Positions 10,496 to 18,817 of a stretch of DNA of 64,000 nucleotides are shown here, one piece after another (position 1 is the stretch's first letter; every line of letters starts with the position of its first letter). Origin of the DNA: a virus; IMG/VR virus record IMGVR_UViG_3300049740_000832, one strand, 5' to 3'. A program made the position numbers and the translations under genes. The notes below the pieces were generated by a model. That model saw only the letters and a list, made by a program, of their open reading frames with translations, ran no database searches and was not told where the DNA came from.

Positions 10496-11092
10496 ATGAA
10501 AAATGAAACTATTACAAGGATTGCCCTAGTAGGTCTACTAGCGTTTTCTGTATTCAGTGTTATAAACATTGCAGTTAATATATTTTTAACTGAGAAAGAA
10601 GTTTTGGTTCAACATGTTATGAGTGAACCTAAAACTCTAATCATTGAAGAACTGCCTCACACACAAGATGATTTGGAATGTCTTGCACTTAATCTTTATC
10701 ATGAAGCTCGAAACGAATTAGATGCGGGACTATATGCAGTTGCGGATGTAACACAAAATCGTGTTGCAGACCCTAGATGGCCTAATACAATATGTGATGT
10801 TGTGTATGAGGCACAAATGTATACTGGGGTCAGTGGTAAAGAGTTTCCTAAACGTAATCAGTGTCAATTCTCTTGGTATTGTGATGGTCGTGATGACGAA
10901 CCCCGTCAAGGTAGGTCATGGGAAAAATCCAAATACATTGCAAGAATGTTCTTGACACACGATGAGTTTCGTGGTATAACAGAAGGTGCGACACACTATC
11001 ATGCAACCTATGTGAGTCCTCGTTGGGCAACTGCAAAGGGTATGCATATGGTGGGTCAGATTGGTGAACATATATTTTATAGGTGGAAGTAA
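10496..11092 (+). CDS. Cell wall hydrolase (SleB/Hydrolase_2), membrane-anchored
   Basis: CLALNLYHEAR, NRV..WPNTICDVV, CQFSWYCDG, GATHYHA, IGEHIFY. Confidence 0.9.
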   Translation: MKNETITRIALVGLLAFSVFSVINIAVNIFLTEKEVLVQHVMSEPKTLIIEELPHTQDDLECLALNLYHEARNELDAGLYAVADVTQNRVADPRWPNTICDVVYEAQMYTGVSGKEFPKRNQCQFSWYCDGRDDEPRQGRSWEKSKYIARMFLTHDEFRGITEGATHYHATYVSPRWATAKGMHMVGQIGEHIFYRWK

Positions 11093-11379
11093 TGATGATT
11101 CAATACAAATACGATGAAGACATGTATCTTGACGAGTTGACTGCATATGTCGATGCAACATATGGCGAACACTACTCACAGAACAAATATCAAGCAACCG
11201 AATTTATTATTGACGGTGGTCATGGTGACGGTTTCTGTATCGGTAATATTCTAAAGTATGCACAACGATATGGTAACAAAGATGGTTACAATCGTAAAGA
11301 CCTGTTGAAAGTGTTGCACTATGCACTCATTCAACTTCACGTTCATGATGCTTATGGGAGAGACGACAATGAATCGTAA
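11092..11379 (+). CDS. DUF3310-like protein
   Basis: HY..GFCIGNILKYAQRYG.K..KDL.K..HY. Confidence 0.7.
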   Translation: MMIQYKYDEDMYLDELTAYVDATYGEHYSQNKYQATEFIIDGGHGDGFCIGNILKYAQRYGNKDGYNRKDLLKVLHYALIQLHVHDAYGRDDNES

Positions 11380-11599
11380 ATTAAAACGCACAACAGATGT
11401 TGCAATTAAGGGCGTCAAGTATATTGACGCAGAAATGAATATGTGGGCAGACAAGTATTCTGGTGGTGGTGCAATACCTAAATCGGTTAAAAGAAGAGTC
11501 GCTCGTCTGGTTGAGGCTCGAAAAGTTGCTGTTGAAAAAGAAAACACTACACCCGAACCTTTGAATGAAATCGAACAAAAAATTCAAGAAATGGCTTGA
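11369..11599 (+). CDS. Hypothetical protein
   Basis: GGAG RBS; ORF. Confidence 0.55.
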   Translation: MNRKLKRTTDVAIKGVKYIDAEMNMWADKYSGGGAIPKSVKRRVARLVEARKVAVEKENTTPEPLNEIEQKIQEMA

Positions 11600-11624
11600 C
11601 AATTTCTTTTTGTTATGATATTAT
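11596..11624 (+). promoter_or_regulatory. sigma70-type promoter
   Basis: TTGACA-17nt-TATTAT with extended -10 TG. Confidence 0.7.
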
Positions 11625-11748
11625 AAGTTATCATCGGAATTAAGGATGGTTGGCTACAGTAAAGTTCCTCGATTGAGGTGTAGGGTGCGTGTTTCCAATG
11701 ATATTTTATAATGTTGTTTTGAATATGAAATTCACGAAAGGAAAAGTT

Positions 11749-12027
11749 ATGAATTTTGTTACTGGTAATTTTGATATTGTAGGAACACATCTACAAGGAA
11801 CAATCAACACATCATACAATCGTTTGGTTGATGTGTTTGGTAAACCCACAGAGTTTGCATCTGATGATGGTAAAGTCCAAGCAGAATGGGCAATCAAGTT
11901 CAATGATGGAACTCTCGCCACAGTCTATGACTGGAAAGAAGATAAGTCAATGTATGAGGTTCGTGAATGGCACATTGGTGGTTATTCAGATGCCGCTGTT
12001 ATGAATGTTGTGGATGAAGTGATATGA
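11749..12027 (+). CDS. Hypothetical phage protein
   Basis: AAGGA RBS; ORF with YDWK/WHIGG. Confidence 0.65.
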   Translation: MNFVTGNFDIVGTHLQGTINTSYNRLVDVFGKPTEFASDDGKVQAEWAIKFNDGTLATVYDWKEDKSMYEVREWHIGGYSDAAVMNVVDEVI

Positions 12028-12230
12028 AGTTTCTTCTGATTGTCGCTTCAATGAATATGGAAATATTGTATCCGTCAGAAGAGATGTGTGATTTGGCGGC
12101 AATAAAGTTCCGTGAACTCTACAAGGAGGCAATCTGTGTTCCTGCTGGGATACAAGAAGAAGACCAGATGGTCAAGATGTTTAGATTGATGAAGGAGTTT
12201 GTTGAAAATGTCGAACCAAAGAGCCGCTAA
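12024..12230 (+). CDS. Hypothetical protein
   Basis: ATGA overlap with the upstream stop. Confidence 0.5.
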   Translation: MKFLLIVASMNMEILYPSEEMCDLAAIKFRELYKEAICVPAGIQEEDQMVKMFRLMKEFVENVEPKSR

Positions 12231-12414
12231 AAAATCCAAACCTATGGGTGACGGAAACCTGATGAAGACTATGTTGTTCTTCAAGGCATGTAAAGAAGTT
12301 CTTGAAGAGTATGGTCATGATGATGCTGCATTCTACTTTGAACAGTTAGAAACGCACATGCGAGATGGTGGCACTCTTGACCAGAACAAAGCGGGAAATA
12401 TTCTTGGAGTATAA
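12208..12414 (+). CDS. Hypothetical protein
   Basis: AAGGAG RBS; ORF. Confidence 0.55.
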   Translation: MSNQRAAKKSKPMGDGNLMKTMLFFKACKEVLEEYGHDDAAFYFEQLETHMRDGGTLDQNKAGNILGV

Positions 12415-12417
12415 ATA
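12410..12417 (+). promoter_or_regulatory. T4-type late promoter upstream of tmRNA
   Basis: TATAAATA. Confidence 0.7.
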
Positions 12418-12423
12418 ATGGTG

Positions 12424-12716
12424 TTAATTCATAGATTTTTATCGTATTCGTTGAAGCAAACTGAAAGATAGACTGGACGGGGGTGCGATACCCCCCGCCT
12501 CCACCAAACCCCCTCTGAGGGGGCGAAATAGGTTCGACAGGTATCAAGTAGGAATGTGGAGAATAGGTGCGGAAGCCACCTGTGAGTCGGACGGGCAATC
12601 CCATCCGCAAGAGCGCAACAAACTCGTAAGTGCAAACGATAATTACGCACATGAGGATTACGCCCTCGCGGCATAATCTTCGGGGTCAGGGGACGCCTAG
12701 CAACAGAAGTCCCCAC
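12424..12716 (+). ncRNA. ssrA: Circularly permuted (two-piece) tmRNA; tag (A)ANDNYAHEDYALAA
   Basis: T-arm plus CGCCTCC-A-CCA ends at 12506 and precedes the 5' half GGGGGCG at 12519 (acceptor stem with G3-U70); tag ORF 12632-12676; 3' hairpin with GCAACAGAA; outer ends approximate. Confidence 0.92.
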
Positions 12717-12735
12717 TTTTATATTAGGAGATATC

Positions 12736-13173
12736 ATGATTAGATTTATTACATTATTTGTGGCGTTAGTATTCACTACGCCAGCATATGCAGAAGAAAC
12801 AATTGTTGAAATGTTGAATAAACGAGACGATGGCGCTCGTATGGTATATTCAGAAGATGTTACATACATCAATGCAGGCGACACAATCAAATGGTTGCCG
12901 ACTGATAAAGGTCATAATGTTGAGTTTATTGCAGGGCCAGAAGGTTATGAATTACCCAAACGTTCTAAGTTCAACAAAGAAGTCTCATTGACATTCGATG
13001 TGCCGGGCGTATATTTGTATCAATGCACACCTCATAAGGGTATGGGTATGATTGCACTTGTTGTTGTTGGTAATGATACATCGAATTTGGCACAAGTTGC
13101 GGCGACTAAAGTATTTGGTGGTAGTAAGAAGAAGTTACAAACTCTTGCTGCTGGAGTATCTTTAGGTAAATAA
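12736..13173 (+). CDS. Pseudoazurin (type-1 blue copper protein), exported
   Basis: Signal peptide; GHNV and YQCTPH.GMGM copper ligands. Confidence 0.88.
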   Translation: MIRFITLFVALVFTTPAYAEETIVEMLNKRDDGARMVYSEDVTYINAGDTIKWLPTDKGHNVEFIAGPEGYELPKRSKFNKEVSLTFDVPGVYLYQCTPHKGMGMIALVVVGNDTSNLAQVAATKVFGGSKKKLQTLAAGVSLGK

Positions 13174-13174
13174 A

Positions 13175-13270
13175 ATGGATAAGTTTGGATTTATTATTGA
13201 TAAAGTAAGCGTTAAAGTTATTTTACTATTACTTGCCTATGTTGGTATTTTATTTTGGAGTGTAAAATGA
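13175..13270 (+). CDS. 31-aa membrane peptide
   Basis: MDKFGFIIDKVSVKVILLLLAYVGILFWSVK; ATGA overlap with the next gene. Confidence 0.45.
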   Translation: MDKFGFIIDKVSVKVILLLLAYVGILFWSVK

Positions 13271-13584
13271 GAAAATTTATTTATGATAGTTGGAATACAA
13301 TCTTCGACCACAATATGAGCCCCTTGAAAAATATTCCTGATGTCCATGTAAGACATATGGTTTTACAAGTGCTCGCTTATATGTGGGTTATTGCATTTAG
13401 TGTTGCAATCGGTAGTTGGTCTGGATTTCTTTGGTCGATGTTGGGTCACATTGCACTGCTTACCGCAATCACAGTAACAGTAGCAACATATAAGGTTGCA
13501 GAAATAAGACCAAATACGTTTTTGGAATGGGGTTACAATCCTTCACCAAATCCAGGCAGAAGAGTTGATGGAGAACACGAATAA
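13267..13584 (+). CDS. Membrane protein (2 TM)
   Basis: GGAG RBS; two hydrophobic segments. Confidence 0.65.
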   Translation: MRKFIYDSWNTIFDHNMSPLKNIPDVHVRHMVLQVLAYMWVIAFSVAIGSWSGFLWSMLGHIALLTAITVTVATYKVAEIRPNTFLEWGYNPSPNPGRRVDGEHE

Positions 13585-13590
13585 TCCTAA

Positions 13591-13667
13591 CGGGGTTTAG
13601 CACAGTCTGGTAGTGCGCTCGCTTTGGGAGCGAGAGGTCGGAAGTTCGAATCTTCCAACCCCGACCA
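13591..13667 (+). tRNA. tRNA-Pro(UGG)
   Basis: Full cloverleaf; anticodon TGG at 13625-13627; TTCGAAT T-loop; encoded CCA. Confidence 0.96.
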
Positions 13668-13688
13668 ACAAATAGGATATATAGTTGT

Positions 13689-14717
13689 ATGAAAGTAAGA
13701 ACTCTAAAAAACAACGCAGTCGAAGCTTATGACTTTGATATCTACTCTGACGAGAATATCGCAGACTTGGGTAGACTTGTCGCGAATGAGTCTGTCGTTC
13801 TGGTAGACCAGAAACTAGACCAGAAGAGAACCTATGATGTTCAGATGCAGTGGGGTAGTCCCGCACACTCAATCGTTCACCTTGCCACATCGGTAGGGAC
13901 AATGAAGGGTGTTCATTGGAATAGTCTTCGACTGAATATTCTTAACGGTTCATCAGAGATTGAACCAGACTATCGCAACACCATGTCGGTTGTTACCTAT
14001 CAGAGAAATAAGAAAGGTAGACCGAAGGGTGTTTTTGCGAATGGCATATTGGGTTGGCACAGTGACCAAGTTGCCCTCAATGATGGAGACCGTATCATTG
14101 GTTTGGTTTCGGTTGAACATACCGAAGGGTCACAGACTGCATTTCTTTGCACCAAAGAAGCATATAACAAACTGAATCACGAAGACAGAACGATGGTTGA
14201 TGAACTCCAGAGTGTGTATCGTTGGAACAGAAAAAACTTTACGGGTAATCTGATTGACGAACAGAAACAGATGGTCAGATATAATCAAGTCCCTGTCGAT
14301 GGTATGATGTGTAAACTACAACAGTCAACACCGTCTGGTGTGAAGGGTATTCACTTCCCTGGCACTCTCTTCCATAAGTTCGATGGTATGACCGAAGAAG
14401 AAAGTCTGAAGTTCAAGGAATATCTCTGGGAGAAAATCAATCGGCCTGAATACATCTACACTCACGACTGGAAGGACGGTCAGGTTGTCTACATGGAACA
14501 GAACATCACTCTACACGCCCGTCCAACCGATATCATAGATGGTAATATGCGTAAGTTGTGGCGTAATATTTCATATATGGACAAACTATATTCAGGCGAG
14601 GGTCACAAAGATGAGTATACGGTGGACGGTAAAGTAATGGACGGTTCTGAATTCTTAACTTTGGTTGATGATATTCGAAGAGAAGAGTATGAGTCTGGAA
14701 GAAAAATTGCTGTCTAA
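13689..14717 (+). CDS. TauD/TfdA-family dioxygenase
   Basis: GWHSD, HDW..G.V...Q...TLHAR. Confidence 0.8.
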   Translation: MKVRTLKNNAVEAYDFDIYSDENIADLGRLVANESVVLVDQKLDQKRTYDVQMQWGSPAHSIVHLATSVGTMKGVHWNSLRLNILNGSSEIEPDYRNTMSVVTYQRNKKGRPKGVFANGILGWHSDQVALNDGDRIIGLVSVEHTEGSQTAFLCTKEAYNKLNHEDRTMVDELQSVYRWNRKNFTGNLIDEQKQMVRYNQVPVDGMMCKLQQSTPSGVKGIHFPGTLFHKFDGMTEEESLKFKEYLWEKINRPEYIYTHDWKDGQVVYMEQNITLHARPTDIIDGNMRKLWRNISYMDKLYSGEGHKDEYTVDGKVMDGSEFLTLVDDIRREEYESGRKIAV

Positions 14718-15150
14718 CATCGATACTCTTCTAACAGACTATCGTGTAGTAAAAGACAAATCAAAGAGAATACCAAATAAAGAACAGAACTCGTTTGGTA
14801 AGGGATGGGATACTGTCATACTAAAATACGGTAGACCTTCTAAAATCAGTTATCTGATACCAAATACTTTTGAACTATTATTAGATGAGAGAATACGAGC
14901 CGCGCACTTTATAACTCTCTATCCTAAATCGTTTGTTCCCGCCAACACAAAAATCAAATACTATGATGATGCAGTGGTTCATCATATACCTTTGATTATT
15001 CCAGAAGGTGAAACTGGAATGATATTTTCAGATAATTATGAACTCAAGAAGTGGAAGATGGGTGAAACACTCACCTATGATGGAAGTAGAACATATGCGG
15101 GGTATAACTTTACTGACGAGGAACGAGTTATACTTCATATAGTTCAATAG
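14689..15150 (+). CDS. Asp/Asn beta-hydroxylase-like protein, metal ligands degenerate
   Basis: HIPLIIP..W..G....D......N.TDEERVIL scaffold, but HxD and the distal His are absent. Confidence 0.55.
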   Translation: MSLEEKLLSNIDTLLTDYRVVKDKSKRIPNKEQNSFGKGWDTVILKYGRPSKISYLIPNTFELLLDERIRAAHFITLYPKSFVPANTKIKYYDDAVVHHIPLIIPEGETGMIFSDNYELKKWKMGETLTYDGSRTYAGYNFTDEERVILHIVQ

Positions 15151-15177
15151 ATACGGTTGGTCGCGAAATAGACCCGC

Positions 15178-15208
15178 GAGACGCCCACGGTTAGCGTCTC
15201 ATTTTTTT
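15178..15208 (+). terminator. Intrinsic terminator
   Basis: GAGACGC-9nt loop-GCGTCTC followed by A and T7. Confidence 0.75.
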
Positions 15209-15229
15209 GTCCATTAAGACCTCTTTGCG

Positions 15230-15237
15230 TATAAATA
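15230..15237 (+). promoter_or_regulatory. T4-type late promoter heading the csg/FecR/cyclase operon
   Basis: TATAAATA followed by a GAGGT RBS. Confidence 0.75.
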
Positions 15238-15253
15238 GGCATGAGGTAAGTAA

Positions 15254-15535
15254 ATGGAACAAGTGTTCACAATCATTGCTGAACTGGGTTTCCCTATTGC
15301 TGCCGCCTTAATTGGTGGTTTTTTTATGTTTCTGACCCTACGATATATCATGGATGGTGTTATCGGTCAGGTGAAGGGAATACACGGTATCGTATCAGCA
15401 CTCGATAATCGAGTAAAGACGATGAATCATGACCTGATTCGTCTCGATACAACTATGTGTGTCGTTTTAGGAATAAGACCAGACCTGAATCGTATCTCCC
15501 GCGCAGACGGTAAAAACGATGCGAGGAGAGACTGA
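15254..15535 (+). CDS. Small membrane protein (GFPI motif, YvrJ/holin-like)
   Basis: ELGFPIAAA, one TM, coiled-coil tail. Confidence 0.6.
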   Translation: MEQVFTIIAELGFPIAAALIGGFFMFLTLRYIMDGVIGQVKGIHGIVSALDNRVKTMNHDLIRLDTTMCVVLGIRPDLNRISRADGKNDARRD

Positions 15536-15783
15536 TGGATGTTATAACCGCAATTAAAGATTTCGGTTTTCCTATTGTAGCGGCGGTTGGTATGTTGTAT
15601 ATGATTTATTTCGTCTGGAAAACAATTACAGAGAAGATTGAAGTCTTTCTATCTGAAACTCAAACTACACTGGTTGGTTTGATTGACCGTGTTCGTATGT
15701 TGGACAATGATATCATTCGTCTACAACAAAAACTTGATACAGCGATTGAAGTAAAGAGAAGAGAAGATGAATCAAAAGAATAG
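15535..15783 (+). CDS. Small membrane protein, paralogue of the upstream gene
   Basis: DFGFPIVAA; DRVRMLDNDIIRL versus NRVKTMNHDLIRL. Confidence 0.6.
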   Translation: MDVITAIKDFGFPIVAAVGMLYMIYFVWKTITEKIEVFLSETQTTLVGLIDRVRMLDNDIIRLQQKLDTAIEVKRREDESKE

Positions 15784-16294
15784 AGATATGTTTCGTAAAT
15801 CTATTGGGCCAAATATCTGGTCAGGAGCAGATTTATGGAAAGCATTTATCGTTGGCGTAGTGGTTGGTATAATAGTGTTCTGGACAACAGATGCGATAGG
15901 CGCACCAATCGAATACAGTTTCAAGTCGCCATCATTCAATGGTGTCAATCAGTCATCACACTATCTGACGATTGAGAATCAAGAAACATCACGCAAAGAA
16001 GCAATAAAACAAGAATTAGAAGACTTACAAAAACAATTAGAACGAGACGCAAAGAATACGACACTTGCTAAGTTTATACGAAATGTAGAAAGTCGAATTT
16101 ACTCTACACTGTCCAGACAACTTGTGGAAGAGATGTTCGGTGAGAACCCATCAGATTCAGGTGAATTTGAGATTGAAGGCGCGGGTATCTCATATGTAAA
16201 AGATGATTTAGAAAACGAAGTGGAGTTAACGGTAACTGATGAAGATGGTAGCCAGACTGTCATTGTTATTCCTATCGGCGATTTTGGTTTCTAG
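15767..16294 (+). CDS. csgF: Curli assembly protein CsgF-like
   Basis: Hydrophobic leader then YSFKSPSFNG.N...LTIENQ and F.RN.ESRI...LSRQL; directly upstream of csgG. Confidence 0.75.
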   Translation: MNQKNRDMFRKSIGPNIWSGADLWKAFIVGVVVGIIVFWTTDAIGAPIEYSFKSPSFNGVNQSSHYLTIENQETSRKEAIKQELEDLQKQLERDAKNTTLAKFIRNVESRIYSTLSRQLVEEMFGENPSDSGEFEIEGAGISYVKDDLENEVELTVTDEDGSQTVIVIPIGDFGF

Positions 16295-17042
16295 TTGCAC
16301 GACCCACAAATGGGATGTCCCCTCGCAACCAGAATCAGCAAAAGTTCAAGTGGCTCTTCTGACAGAAGAATTACAGAATATTGAACCTCCGATACGAAGA
16401 CCAACGGTGGCGTTATATGCGTTCACCGACCAAACAGGACAGAAGAAACAAAACGCAAACGGCGGAACATCATTTAGTTCTGCGGTTACCCAAGCACCAG
16501 AAGTTTATCTGATTCGTGCTTTGACTCGTGCGGCTAACGGTCAGTTCTTTAAGGTGGTTGATAGGTCTGCACTAGATTGGTTAACGAGAGAGAGACAACT
16601 CATAAGACAGACACGAAGTTCTTATGAAGGTGATGGTGCAAAAAAATTACCGGCATTGACCTTTGCTGGTATGATAATTGCAGGCGGTATAGTAGGATAT
16701 GACCACTCTACCGAAAGCGGAGGTGCGGGTGCGAGATATCTCGGCATCGGCTCTTCCAGAGAGTTTAGTCGTGACACAGTGACAATCAACATGAGGTTGA
16801 TAAGTGTTGCGACTGGCGAGGTTTTACTTGATGTCATAACAAGTAAGACCATACTATCTGTCGCGTTTGGCGGAGACGTATTTCGTTATGTGGAACAGGG
16901 CACTCGACTCGTTGAGATTGAGTCTGGGACTGCCCGAAACGAAAGCGTTTCGATTGCCACTCAACGAGCGATTGAAACAGGTGTCTTAGAACTTATAAAA
17001 CTCGGAAATAGAAAAAAGTTCTGGACATTCAAAGGAGAGTAA
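16245..17042 (+). CDS. csgG: Curli secretion channel lipoprotein CsgG
   Basis: Lipobox VSSC; FTDQTGQ.K, FSSAVTQ, LTRERQLIR, GGIVGYD, GGAGARYLGIG. Confidence 0.9.
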   Translation: MVARLSLLFLSAILVSSCTTHKWDVPSQPESAKVQVALLTEELQNIEPPIRRPTVALYAFTDQTGQKKQNANGGTSFSSAVTQAPEVYLIRALTRAANGQFFKVVDRSALDWLTRERQLIRQTRSSYEGDGAKKLPALTFAGMIIAGGIVGYDHSTESGGAGARYLGIGSSREFSRDTVTINMRLISVATGEVLLDVITSKTILSVAFGGDVFRYVEQGTRLVEIESGTARNESVSIATQRAIETGVLELIKLGNRKKFWTFKGE

Positions 17043-17043
17043 G

Positions 17044-17781
17044 ATGAACACTTTACAAAGAATTTTTGTGATGTTGTTCCTAGTAAACGCAGGGACATCG
17101 CCCGTATGGGCTGATAATGCGGTCTACATTGACCAAGTAGGGTCAGGTGTAGATATCGATGTTACTCAAGACGGTAGTGGAAACACAATTAGTAACAATG
17201 CTAATGACACAACCAAAATGAAGGTTGATGGCGATGACATCAATTTGAGTATCGATACCGTTGGTGATACCAACAAAGTTCTTGGTGCTATTATAGGTGA
17301 CAACAGTGATGTTGATTTAGACATCGATGGCGACACCAATACAGTCACAATCGACATTGATGGAACTGACACCTATGGTGCTGGTAACGGCAATGTGGTA
17401 ATCGATTTGGACGGCGGTAATAACACACTGGACTTGAGCATTGGTAACAACGACCAAGCAACGGGCGCAGATGTTGACTGGATTGTTGACGGTGACTATA
17501 ACAGTGTAACTGCTGATATTGACATCAACAACGCAACAAATAGCATTGACTTCGCTGGAGACAATGTAACAATCGATTATGATGGTGACGGATATGATGG
17601 TCACTCTGTAACAATCGATGGCGTTGGAACAACAAACTACTGGGATATTCAAATAGACCAACAGTCAACGTTACAGTCTGATACATTGAGCATTGAAATC
17701 GAGGGTTCAGGTGACACGACTACAGATAATACCTTATGTGTTTCTCAGTCTGATTCTGGCACCGCTACCGGCTGTCAGTAA
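17044..17781 (+). CDS. Curlin-like secreted beta-repeat protein
   Basis: Signal peptide; NAVYIDQVG and IDVTQDGSGN, then ~22-aa D/N/G-rich repeats (I.G..N); terminal Cys pair. Confidence 0.7.
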   Translation: MNTLQRIFVMLFLVNAGTSPVWADNAVYIDQVGSGVDIDVTQDGSGNTISNNANDTTKMKVDGDDINLSIDTVGDTNKVLGAIIGDNSDVDLDIDGDTNTVTIDIDGTDTYGAGNGNVVIDLDGGNNTLDLSIGNNDQATGADVDWIVDGDYNSVTADIDINNATNSIDFAGDNVTIDYDGDGYDGHSVTIDGVGTTNYWDIQIDQQSTLQSDTLSIEIEGSGDTTTDNTLCVSQSDSGTATGCQ

Positions 17782-18817
17782 GGATGTCGGTCTCATAGAC
17801 CGTGCAGTCGGCTGGAGACAAGTAGTTAGAGACACAAATGAAATCGAACCTGAAAAGGGGTTTGATATAATAGCAAAAGACGACCTTCGCACAGGCGAGG
17901 GGCGTATGCAAGTGAAGTTCGTTGATGATTCGAAACTTCGCATGACCGAACACACACGCATTGTGATTGACAATGTGGTGTTTGATGATGACCCAAGTAA
18001 GTCTGACCTTGCAATGACATTCGCGCAGGGAACTGCTCGTTTCATTACGGGTAAACTTGGGACGATTGAGAAAGAGAATATTAGATTGAGAACACCGACT
18101 GCCTCAATCGGTATTCGCGGCACAGACTTTACTGTGACCGTAGACGAGTTTGGTCGCACACTTGTAGTATTATTACCTGATGTGAATGGTATATCATCGG
18201 GTGAGATTATTGTTTCGACAATGACTGGTGAGGTAGTGTTGAACAAACCGTTTCAATCCACCACAACCTCTGTGACTGAGGCGCCTCCCAGCAATCCTGC
18301 CATTCTAGACTTGACTCTAGATATGTTGGATAATATCTTGATTATCAATCCACCCAAAGAGAGAATGACAGAACAAGAGTTCTATACGTCTGTGGACAGT
18401 CGTAAGAATATCAATCCTCTTGATATTGACTTTCTCGATGAACAACTATTAGATAACGAGGAGTTTGAACGTGACTATCTGGAATTTACTGAACTTGATA
18501 TCAATTTCCTTGATGTGGAACTCCTCGAAAACCTATTAGATAGTTACTCTGACCTAGATGCAGAATTGTTGAAAGAGAAAGAGGATAAGAGTGATACTGT
18601 CGTAGAAGGGACGAGTGAGGGCTTTGACACGGTGACTCAAATCAGCACCGTTGTTGAGGGCGATAAGATTACGATGATTCGTAATGTTCAATCTATCGTG
18701 GAGATATCTGTTTCGAACAGCGAAGAGACATCTATAAATCTAGATGTTGATGGAAAGGAACTTGACCCCATTACGGTCAATGGTGGCGGTAATACCACTA
18801 TAAGTATTAAACAATGA
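17711..18817 (+). CDS. Exported FecR-domain protein with acidic C-terminal region
   Basis: D.LRTG.GR..V.F.D.S......T, G.ARF..G, RTPTASIGIRGTDF; GTG start after GAGGG. Confidence 0.8.
   Translation: MTRLQIIPYVFLSLILAPLPAVSKDVGLIDRAVGWRQVVRDTNEIEPEKGFDIIAKDDLRTGEGRMQVKFVDDSKLRMTEHTRIVIDNVVFDDDPSKSDLAMTFAQGTARFITGKLGTIEKENIRLRTPTASIGIRGTDFTVTVDEFGRTLVVLLPDVNGISSGEIIVSTMTGEVVLNKPFQSTTTSVTEAPPSNPAILDLTLDMLDNILIINPPKERMTEQEFYTSVDSRKNINPLDIDFLDEQLLDNEEFERDYLEFTELDINFLDVELLENLLDSYSDLDAELLKEKEDKSDTVVEGTSEGFDTVTQISTVVEGDKITMIRNVQSIVEISVSNSEETSINLDVDGKELDPITVNGGGNTTISIKQ

Noticed and set aside
12281-12890. Minus-strand ORFs of 123 and 153 aa
   Set aside because: They are antisense to the tmRNA and pseudoazurin genes
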